Part shown: positions 56,117 through 64,000 of the stretch, in pieces
Layout of the letters: each line of letters begins with the position of its first letter
How positions within the stretch are numbered: position 1 is the first letter of the stretch
Origin: Thermoplasmata archaeon
GTDB lineage: Archaea; Thermoplasmatota; Thermoplasmata; Lutacidiplasmatales; UBA184
DNA: 64,000 bases
Direction: 5' to 3'
NCBI GenBank assembly: GCA_035502475.1
Contig: DATJUJ010000021.1
Span: forward strand, 5,098 to 69,097
Notes under the pieces: model-generated
What the model saw: only the letters and a program-made list of their open reading frames with translations
What the model was told of the DNA's origin: nothing
The model's database searches: none
Program-made: the position numbers and the translations under genes

Positions 56117-56668
56117 ATGGCACAGACCTCGAACGTCGGAACGGAGTACGCCAAAGGCATGACACCAGACCGCGGGGGGGCGAAGCTCACTCCATGGAAA
56201 CTGACAGCGATCGTAGCGCTCTCCGCATTGCTTGTTCTCTCGGTCGTCATCATCCTGGCTTATCAGCCGAGTAACGGGACGACTCAGGTCGAGTGGTCCA
56301 GTTATACCATCGATGGCGGGCCGAACGTGAGCAACAACTACACGATCATCATCGGCGGCCACTTTTGTGTCCCGGCTGATGCTTCGGGAAACGGCATCTT
56401 CTCGATGGTATGGTCGGACTCGAACGAGACCGCTGTGGAGCACGTACGTCTCGTCACGATTCTACCTCCCGACCCTTCAAATCCCTCAGGAGTTGTACTG
56501 ATTCTTTACGAGGTGGAAAACAGTTCAAGTGGAGGAACCAGTTTTTCCATTCACGGACCAACGCCCTGCGACACGGCTTGGATAATCGACGTGGAGTCTT
56601 CGGTGCTCGTGACGGTCACTGCTGTCACGATGCTAGTCTACAACGTGAGCATCGCACACACCGTGTAG
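56117..56668 (+). CDS. N-terminally anchored surface glycoprotein
   Basis: TM at residues 29-49, beta-rich ectodomain with sequons NGT, NVS, NYT, NET, NSS; lower GC than the flanks. Confidence 0.7.
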   Translation: MAQTSNVGTEYAKGMTPDRGGAKLTPWKLTAIVALSALLVLSVVIILAYQPSNGTTQVEWSSYTIDGGPNVSNNYTIIIGGHFCVPADASGNGIFSMVWSDSNETAVEHVRLVTILPPDPSNPSGVVLILYEVENSSSGGTSFSIHGPTPCDTAWIIDVESSVLVTVTAVTMLVYNVSIAHTV

Positions 56669-56956
56669 CCCGCAAAAGAGGCACCCGGGCGGTGCGGGGG
56701 GCAACGTCGGCACCGAACTCAAGTGTTCGAAGGTTCACCTGCTGTTCGTCAGGGGACCGTCCTGCTCGGCTGGACTTGGATGCAAACCTGCCCCACGAAG
56801 CGACGGTCGTGGAGTCGCGTTCAAGCAGGGACCGGAGTGTACATTGCGTAGTCTTCGCGCTATGTCCACACTTTAAATGGTAGAACGGAGTTTGTGTAAC
56901 CGGCCGTGTCCGCGGCACGTGAATAAAACTCAACCATCGGGAGCGAGAACCCCATC

Positions 56957-59404
56957 ATGGCGTCGATGATCTGCGAAGTATCACGACGGCACTACGGCGC
57001 CTCAGTCTCGAGCCTGCTCGGCCCTCGCCGTGTCTTCGTTGCCTTACCGGTGGTCCTTGTGACTATTCTGACCTTCGTCCTCGTTGGATCGTCGATTGCC
57101 TGCATTGCTGGCTCGCCTCCAGCGCCCACGAACATAGGAACTATTCCGTCGGGGGCATCAAGCGGGACTGTGGAGACAATGCCGCCACCGGCCACTCCAA
57201 CCCAGGACCTAAATTCGGCTGCCTCGACCGGCCCTGTCTCGTCCAGCGTCTCGATCGAACCAACCACTTCTTTCCTGACCCTACACAATCCAATCGGTTG
57301 GGATGGTAACGGTACTATCTACCCCACGAACGATACGACTCCGTATCCACTGCCGCCGGAAGGGTCTTTCGCGTTTCAGACCGCATATAACGCGAGCTTG
57401 GGCCTGGCCGGCAGCGGGGGTGGCGTTGCGAATTCCAATCTGCTGAACGTGACAAGCGCTCCGGGGGAGGTTCCGGAATACGCAGACTTGGGCGGCGTGG
57501 ACAATATCTTCCAGATTTGGCTCTACGTCGCGGCCGTGGGCGGAGACAACCCATTCGACTACAATCAGGATGGTTGCAACGAAGTCCAAAATCTCTATGG
57601 AGCCTACGGCATCCAAGTGAGCGTCGCTCCGAGTGGACTCCCTAGCGGAGGAACAAATGAGTTTGTCACCGGCAACAACTCTGGGTACAACACGACTCAG
57701 GGAAACCTTGGCGACGGGGGCAGTTCCTCGAGCCAACTCCTCGAAGCGTTGAGTCTAGGCCTCGCTGTTGCAGCGATCTTCTTCCCGGAGGCCTTACCAA
57801 TAAGTGTCGGAGCGATTGGCGCTGCGCTCGCGGCGGAGCAACCCGATGGTCCCGTATCGAACAGCCTAGTAACTAGCTACCCCGAGGTTGATGGGAACCA
57901 GGTCGCAAGTCAAGTCGTCGGCGTCAACCCCGGAACGGGGACGGTCACCGACGGCTGCGAGCAAGTGACCGGGGGGCAGAACGTCTTCTCCCAAGCAGAT
58001 TGGGTCGAAGAACTCGTGCCGGGGAGCAGTCTGTCCACGCTCACCGGAGGAAGCCTGACTGTTTCCTCGTCTACCATTCTCGGGTTCTTCGACAACACCA
58101 ACCCGTCCGAGTCCACGGTGGCCGCTGGAGCCGCCACATCGGTCTCCTACCCGATCGCACCAGCGGCGTCAATCGGTGGCCATGTTCGACTGTATACATC
58201 CCCTTCCTGTGCCCCGAACTGTCCGGCCTTGCCCAACGCGACGGTGAGTGTGGTTCAAGATGTCGGGAGTGGACCCGCTTACCAAACAACCAACACAGAA
58301 ACCACATCTTCAGCCGGCTATTGGCACTTCTTCGCGGAGACCGGCTCACCAGTCACTCAGACAAGTTATAGTGCCTCGTGGTCGGACGCGCTAGGGACGG
58401 CGACGAGCCCGGTTTACTACATCACGCCCCAAGAGGGCTCTGACAACGAGAGCGTCGACCCCGTCGTGGACGGAGGACAGCTGTTTGGGAATGTCATGGG
58501 ATACGAGTCTGGGACCCCGAGGGGAATCTCGGGCGCAACCGTTCAGCTATGCAACAACAACGGCTGTATTTCGACAATTTCAGGTCAAGGCGGGGGTTAC
58601 GCACTCGACTACCCCATTGCAGGCTCCTCCACAGACCCCTATCAGGTCACAATCAGCCGAGCAGGGTGGGTCACAACCACTCAGAAGTCGTTGCTTCTGA
58701 CGGTTGGTCAGCCGAATGAGAAGAACGTCTACTTCACTCCGCAGTACAACGTTACCTTCTCCGAGTCGAACCTGACCGCCGGCAACTCCTGGTGCGTTAC
58801 ACTCGGAAAGCTCCCGCAGACGTGCGCCTCCTCCCCCACCGCCGTGACCCTCACGGAGCCTAACGGTAGCTACGCTTACACCGTAAAGTGTCCCGCGGGT
58901 TGGGGGGCGAGCCCCGGCACCGGGCAGGTCACTCTCTCCGGGGCAGGAGACTCGATCACAGTCCGCTTCAGCTCGGTCCCAGGATTGATCTACTTCAATG
59001 AAACTGGCCTCCCCTCCGGCTATCGCTGGAATGTAACGCTGGGTTCAGGTGGCGGGACTTCGACGGGCAGTTCGATTGAGTTTAGCGCAGCCCAGGGGTC
59101 GTTCCGATTTTCGATACAGGGCCCAGTTGTGCACTCTGGGGTCCGGACCTATGTCTTTGAAGCAACGCCCGGTAGCGGGACTGTGACGCTTTCCGGAAGC
59201 GCCGTAACTGAAAACATAACGTTCACTGAGAGAGCGGACGTCATCTTGGGGGATCGGGGACCCGCCCTTGGGGCTATCTCGCCGCTAGTGCTCGACTCGT
59301 CATCCGGGCTTATCCTCTACAGTACGGCGGCGACACTTGTCCCGTCCATCCTTTGGATCTGGCGTCGCAGGGGCGAGGTTAGCGAATTGTCTGATCCAAG
59401 TTGA
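56957..59404 (+). CDS. large surface protein: unknown N-terminal domain, carboxypeptidase-regulatory-like Ig domains, Thermoplasmata YxVTFxESGL repeats, C-terminal TM
   Basis: 815 aa; GISGATVQL...GGYAL; YNVTFSESNLTAGNSWCVTL and IYFNETGLPSGYRWNVTL repeats; terminal hydrophobic anchor plus WRRR. Confidence 0.8.
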   Translation: MASMICEVSRRHYGASVSSLLGPRRVFVALPVVLVTILTFVLVGSSIACIAGSPPAPTNIGTIPSGASSGTVETMPPPATPTQDLNSAASTGPVSSSVSIEPTTSFLTLHNPIGWDGNGTIYPTNDTTPYPLPPEGSFAFQTAYNASLGLAGSGGGVANSNLLNVTSAPGEVPEYADLGGVDNIFQIWLYVAAVGGDNPFDYNQDGCNEVQNLYGAYGIQVSVAPSGLPSGGTNEFVTGNNSGYNTTQGNLGDGGSSSSQLLEALSLGLAVAAIFFPEALPISVGAIGAALAAEQPDGPVSNSLVTSYPEVDGNQVASQVVGVNPGTGTVTDGCEQVTGGQNVFSQADWVEELVPGSSLSTLTGGSLTVSSSTILGFFDNTNPSESTVAAGAATSVSYPIAPAASIGGHVRLYTSPSCAPNCPALPNATVSVVQDVGSGPAYQTTNTETTSSAGYWHFFAETGSPVTQTSYSASWSDALGTATSPVYYITPQEGSDNESVDPVVDGGQLFGNVMGYESGTPRGISGATVQLCNNNGCISTISGQGGGYALDYPIAGSSTDPYQVTISRAGWVTTTQKSLLLTVGQPNEKNVYFTPQYNVTFSESNLTAGNSWCVTLGKLPQTCASSPTAVTLTEPNGSYAYTVKCPAGWGASPGTGQVTLSGAGDSITVRFSSVPGLIYFNETGLPSGYRWNVTLGSGGGTSTGSSIEFSAAQGSFRFSIQGPVVHSGVRTYVFEATPGSGTVTLSGSAVTENITFTERADVILGDRGPALGAISPLVLDSSSGLILYSTAATLVPSILWIWRRRGEVSELSDPS

Positions 59405-59409
59405 TAGCC

Positions 59410-60453
59410 CTAGCTGATTGAGCGCAGCTGGCGAGGGGCCTCCCAGGCGCCCCGCCATTTCTCGAACGCTTCCTCTACCGCCTCGATCACGTCCGTGAGC
59501 TTCGGGAACTACCGGTTGTGGACACGTCGCCGTCGGGTGAACTTCCCAACTCGCTCGGCACGGTTCCGTTGGAGACTGGCCGCCGGGAGCAAGGGGAGCT
59601 CGAACCTCGAGGCGACGTGCGCGCATCAGGCCCTGTGAAGGCGGGCGTGGTGATCCTGGGCGTTGTCGCTGGTCCCCACCGCTCGACGTTGTCCACGCGT
59701 ACTGCTCGATGGAACTGGTGGAGGAATCGCGTGCGGGTGGTCCGATCGAACACCCCCTCCTCGCGTCGGTAGACCGCTTCCAATCTCTCAGTCGGATCGT
59801 ACCTCAGCAACCGACCGACTTGTGGGTGTAGGCATGAAGGAGAACGAGGTCGCTCACCTCTGGAGGAACCCACATGCGATAGCAGGACGCGTGCTACTGG
59901 AAGTAGATCTCGTCCATCACCTAGCGGTCGATGGAGAGGCTCCCGCTCGGTGCCCGGAGTCCTTTTTGGGTGCCGCCTGGGCGATAGGGTCTCCCGAGGT
60001 GAGCATCGGTCGGGGCTCATGCACGCGGAACCCGGGTCGGCGTAACAGGCCCTGACACTGGCGGGTTCCGAGATCGACGGCGAACTGACGGTCAAGGTAG
60101 GTGGAGATGGGCTTGCCGCCTCGGAGGTTTCCAGAGAGCCCGTCACGCTCGGGGGGGCGTCGCAGGGCGCTCTCCGCGGAGCGCATCCAGGGCCCCGTCA
60201 GTCATAGGGGCCGGTCGGGGCGATCTCCTTCCGCGAGTCCGGAGAGCCCGTCTTGGTCGGATCGGCAGACCCCGTGCTGGACGGCCCGAGCGGAGTCCCG
60301 AGCATTCGACCCGCCTGCGTGGCCGTCATGCTCTGAGTTGCGAGGAGCAGTCCCGTGGAGTCGGTGGTCGTGGTGGGACCCGCCTAGGCGACGTCTTTCA
60401 TCGTGGGAGGAGAGCACCGCGTGCTCAGCGTCTGGCCCCGTTAGGGGACGCAT
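59410..60453 (-). mobile_element. heavily degraded IS630-family transposase
   Basis: Fragments HDHRLHG, DGLSGLAEGDRPDRP (HTH), RQCQGLLRRPGFR..PRP..GDP..KK (winged HTH, A5 run at 59963-59967), LPAASLQRNRAERVGKFTRR (cf. LPPYSPELNPIERVWK), HNR*F with TAG at 59509-59511; several frameshifts. Confidence 0.8.
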
Positions 60454-60782
60454 GGGACCTCGAGGCCCCGAGGCCCCGAGGCACTCGCAACTGTTTATAA
60501 CACTACGATTAGTGCCCGATCCGGGCGGTCCGGGCCTCGCGGATGAACTGCCGGTGCCGTTCGCACAGGAAGAACGGCACCGCGTCGCCGGAGTCCGTCG
60601 TGGGAAAGTTGTGCCACGCCGTCGAGCCCGAGCAGCTCTTCGGGTACGGGGGGTCCTCGGCCCTCGGACCTCCCAGGATCCGGCGTCGCGCGTCCTCGGC
60701 CTGGCAGGCGGTTCCACTCATCGGTCCGGCATAGCCTCCCGGCGTTCTTGAGCGTTCGGCTGGAGCGGTTGCGACGGTGCGC

Positions 60783-63308
60783 TCACGAGAACGTGACCGC
60801 GACCGTCTCGGGGATCGAGGTCAGGACGACGTGCCCGTGGTCGGGGTGGGCCGTCCGATGCCCGACCGAGGGCACCGAGTAGACGTACGCGCCCGCCGGG
60901 TCCCAGAACGTGATCGCCGGGGACGTCGAAGAGAGCTCGATCCCTCCGAGCGTCACCGACCAGAGGGCCCCGGCACGCAGTCCGGACTCAACGAACGTCA
61001 CCCGGTCGAGCGGCGGGGTCAGCGGATAGTAGTCGCCCCCGACCGTGATGAGGCCGCTGTTGTTGTAGGGCAGCACCCCGTAGGGGTTCGACGCCGTGCC
61101 GTAGTTCGACCAGTAGTTTCCGCCCTGCCAGTCGTAGCCGAGGATGTTGCCCGAGAGAGGCACGCCGTCGACGACGCGGACGTCGCTCGCGGGCTCAAGC
61201 GGTACGTTCCAGGCGTCGACGTACGTCGCGGGCTCGCAAAGGACCTGGCAGGAGAGCGGGTCCCAGACCGGGGTGATCGCCGGGAACGGCACGTCGACGA
61301 GGTTGTTGTAGAGAAGGTCGCCGGACTCGCTCTCGTTGAACGCCTGCGTCGCGTTGCCGTAGTTGAGCACGTCCGCCGGGTCGGCCGCGGCGAGCGGCGC
61401 GAGGTAGAACGAGTTCCCCCAGACGGTGTTGTCCGTGCCGCCGTAGAAGAGGAGGGCGTCGCCCTGATCCTCGAACGTGACCCCCGCGACGAGATTGTCC
61501 GTCGAGTTCCAGAACATGACGGAACCCTCGGGGAACCCTTCCAGGAAGGCGGAGAGCCATCCCGAGATCGAGCCTCCCAGCACCCGCACGTGGCTCGTCT
61601 GCCAGAACTGGAGCTGGAGGTCGTTGGTCGCGGGCAGACCGAACGCCGCGACCGTCCCCTGCATCCACCACGGGTATTCGACCTCGAACGACGGCGCCGT
61701 GACGGTCACGTAGGCCGTCGTGTCCACCAGCAGCAGTCCGGGGAATACGGGCCACTGGAAGTCGTTCCAGGCCGCGAACTCGGGATCGATCGCTCCCGGC
61801 TCGTTCCGGTCGATCGTGTAGGGGGACGCGAGGGTCCCGCTCCCGCCAGAAGAGAGGCTGGCCAGCTCGCTGTTCCCGAACGCGATCAGTGGGGTGTAGA
61901 CTCCGAGGGCCAGGTCGGGCGTCCCGGCAAAGGAGGTCCGGGTCGTGGAGTTCGCCGCCGAGCTCAGCAGGAAGCTCCCGGGCGCTTGCTCGGAGAGCAG
62001 GTACTCGATCCAGTACGCTCCGCCGTTGGGCACGAAGAAGGTCGTGGTACCGGTCGGGGAGCCGGGCACCCACTGGGCCTCGCTCTCGTTGCGGGTCGTT
62101 CCAGGGTTCACGAGGATGAACGTCGACGCGGGCGACAGTCGCTCGACGACCTCCCGAGCGCCGGCCGAGGACGACATCCCCCACAGGCCGTAGAGGAACG
62201 AGGGACCGAGGGCCAGGTGGGCCACGGCCGCCCCGGGCGCGTACGACACCTCGATCCCGTCGCTGGTCTCCCCGGTCTCCGATCCGGCGTCCATCGCGGT
62301 CGGAACGGGCACGTAGGTTCGGCTCGTCGCGTCCCACGTGGCGATCGACAGGTCGGCGTTCATGGCAGTGAAGCTCGTGGTGTCTCCGTCGTCGTTGCCC
62401 ACGACGTCCAGCTCGAGATCGTTGGGGAGTCCGACCGGGTCGAGCTGCTTGCCGTCGATCTGGAACAGCCCGGCGGGGAACGCCTTGCGGACGTGGCCCG
62501 CCGTGGCGTTGAAGACGACGTCGTCGTAGGAACCCGAGATCCGCGCGCTCGAATTCGAGACCGTATAGTTGAAGAACACCGCGGGGCGGTCGAACAGGAC
62601 GGTCGAATTCTCGTACAGTGTGAGCGTGAACGGGTAGTGGATCGTGAACGTCGGTCCGATCGCGTAGTAGTAGACGGGCGCGTAGAGCGTGCCGTTGGGG
62701 CCGGTCGCGTAGAAGACGTTCGGCGAGATGTACGCGTCGTAGTTCGAGAAGTTCCAGACGTTGTCTCCAAAGACGAGCTCCCCGGACGACGGCGTGTAGC
62801 TCACGAAGTTCTGGCACCAGAACTCGTTCGACGCATTCCCGAACACCGTCACGCCTGTGTCCACGGCGTTGAGCTGGATCCCGAACATGTCGGGCCCGTC
62901 GCCGTCGACGTTGACGGAGAGGGCGTTCGTGAGCGTGATCGTCCCCTCGACGCTCGAGGTCGTCGTGACCGAGCCCTTGAGCTTGCCCGAGACGTTGGTG
63001 AGCCCGAGGTCGGCGACGCCCATGGGCGCGGGGGCCTGGGTGTAGGTCGGTGAGACGGTCTCCCCCGCGTAGGGAGGAGCGACGGAGAGGTCGGGGAGGT
63101 GGATGTCGGTCTGAGGGATGTGGGAGCCGACGAGCTCCGCAAGGACCGTCTGCTGGCGCTCGGCTCCGGCCGAAGCCGACGCGCTCGACACCGCGGCGGT
63201 CGTGGCCGCCGGGGCGGATGGATGTCCGGCAGCGGTGCCCCCGGCCGACGCGAGCATGAGCGCGACGAGTGCGATCGAGGCGATCCCGACGACCAGAGAA
63301 CGGGCCAT
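60783..63308 (-). CDS. thermopsin family (A5) protease precursor with beta-helix and surface repeat
   Basis: Start moved to ATG 63308 (signal peptide MARSLVVG); PAPMGVADLG, GIQLNAV, FWCQNFV, DNVWNFS, TGETSDG; C-terminal RVTFVESGLRAGALWSVTL repeat. Confidence 0.88.
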   Translation of the reverse strand: MARSLVVGIASIALVALMLASAGGTAAGHPSAPAATTAAVSSASASAGAERQQTVLAELVGSHIPQTDIHLPDLSVAPPYAGETVSPTYTQAPAPMGVADLGLTNVSGKLKGSVTTTSSVEGTITLTNALSVNVDGDGPDMFGIQLNAVDTGVTVFGNASNEFWCQNFVSYTPSSGELVFGDNVWNFSNYDAYISPNVFYATGPNGTLYAPVYYYAIGPTFTIHYPFTLTLYENSTVLFDRPAVFFNYTVSNSSARISGSYDDVVFNATAGHVRKAFPAGLFQIDGKQLDPVGLPNDLELDVVGNDDGDTTSFTAMNADLSIATWDATSRTYVPVPTAMDAGSETGETSDGIEVSYAPGAAVAHLALGPSFLYGLWGMSSSAGAREVVERLSPASTFILVNPGTTRNESEAQWVPGSPTGTTTFFVPNGGAYWIEYLLSEQAPGSFLLSSAANSTTRTSFAGTPDLALGVYTPLIAFGNSELASLSSGGSGTLASPYTIDRNEPGAIDPEFAAWNDFQWPVFPGLLLVDTTAYVTVTAPSFEVEYPWWMQGTVAAFGLPATNDLQLQFWQTSHVRVLGGSISGWLSAFLEGFPEGSVMFWNSTDNLVAGVTFEDQGDALLFYGGTDNTVWGNSFYLAPLAAADPADVLNYGNATQAFNESESGDLLYNNLVDVPFPAITPVWDPLSCQVLCEPATYVDAWNVPLEPASDVRVVDGVPLSGNILGYDWQGGNYWSNYGTASNPYGVLPYNNSGLITVGGDYYPLTPPLDRVTFVESGLRAGALWSVTLGGIELSSTSPAITFWDPAGAYVYSVPSVGHRTAHPDHGHVVLTSIPETVAVTFS

Positions 63309-63451
63309 GCGACTCCTCGCGCCCCGACCCCTCGGGAGGGCGATAAGCCTTCTGACGCGAGGTCCCCCGCCCGCGCCGGGGGCACCCCGGCCGGACCCGC
63401 GGACCGCCCACAGTAATCGGCTATTAACCGCAGTATCTTGCGCCCCCGACC

Positions 63452-63931
63452 ATGTCGACCACGCGGGGTTCCGCAAACGGGGCCAACGCCGGATCATCCT
63501 CGGCGGAGGCCTCGCCGATGGGCCCCTCGGCCGTCGCTGAGGTCGAGCGGCTCCTCTCGGCCGGCCAGGCGCGGGAGGCGGTCCTGACGGCGTACCTCCG
63601 GGTCGAGCGGGACGTGATCGAAGCCTACCGGATCCAGCTGCCCCCGGAGTGGACCCATCGCGAACTCCTCTTCCAGTATCTTCGGCCGGACATGGGTCCC
63701 CTCGTGGGCCTGCTCGCGGCTCTGCACGCGCGCTTCGAGCCGGTCCGGTACGGCTCCGTCGCCCAACCTCCCGTCGACGGGTTGGTCGACCAGCTACGGG
63801 CGCTGTATGCGGAGCCGCAGTTGCGGAACGCCCGGACGTATCCGCGCCTCCCGCCCGCCGCGGCCGCGGGGCGGGTCTCCCCCTCCCACCCGCCGGTGCG
63901 CCCGGCGGAGCCGGGCCCCCGGTCGGAGTGA
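63452..63931 (+). CDS. DUF4129-like small helical protein
   Basis: REAVLTAY...PEWTHRE...FEPVRYG pattern. Confidence 0.65.
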   Translation: MSTTRGSANGANAGSSSAEASPMGPSAVAEVERLLSAGQAREAVLTAYLRVERDVIEAYRIQLPPEWTHRELLFQYLRPDMGPLVGLLAALHARFEPVRYGSVAQPPVDGLVDQLRALYAEPQLRNARTYPRLPPAAAAGRVSPSHPPVRPAEPGPRSE

Positions 63932-63934
63932 CCG

Positions 63935-64000
63935 ATGACCGCGGTCTCCGTCTTGCACGCGTTCTTCACCGACCCTACGTTCGACCTGCCGCTCGCCGTC
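63935..64000 (+). CDS. partial CDS running off the window end
   Basis: ATG 63935 after GGAG; MTAVSVLHAFFTDPTFDLPLAV. Confidence 0.45.
   Translation, partial: MTAVSVLHAFFTDPTFDLPLAV

Overview
A very GC-rich, gene-dense archaeal window. GGGP synthase, DGGGP synthase, CarS, a two-repeat tRNA splicing endonuclease, aIF-5A and thermopsin-type surface repeats point to Thermoplasmata (inference). From left to right it holds: an S53 protease, an antiporter, a bacterial-type glyoxylate bypass (aceB-aceA), an acyl-CoA dehydrogenase/CoA-transferase pair divergent from a heme-oxygenase-like diiron enzyme across a perfect 24-bp palindrome, a 15-gene aroA'-aroB'-aroDE-aroK-aroA-aroC-asd-ask-trpEGDCFBA superoperon, an ether-lipid cluster, an M16 peptidase pair, DTD2, tRNA-Glu(CUC), a 1512-aa helical repeat protein, aIF-5A, a 1713-aa pseudo-IleRS fusion, an ABC exporter, a lower-GC accessory island (TA remnant, surface proteins, decayed IS630) and a thermopsin. 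Best leads: (1) an unannotated 23-aa leader peptide ending W-L-W-stop, preceded by a TATA box and followed by alternative hairpins and a hairpin+U-tract directly upstream of the aro/trp superoperon, i.e. an attenuator-like architecture in an archaeon; (2) a full-length IleRS paralogue without HIGH/KMSKS fused to HhH, a long Pro-rich linker and DUF835; (3) a BHB intron at the non-canonical T-loop position 59/60 of tRNA-Glu; (4) three genes whose best-supported start codon is ACG. All family calls come from motif recognition by eye; no database searches or folding calculations were run.
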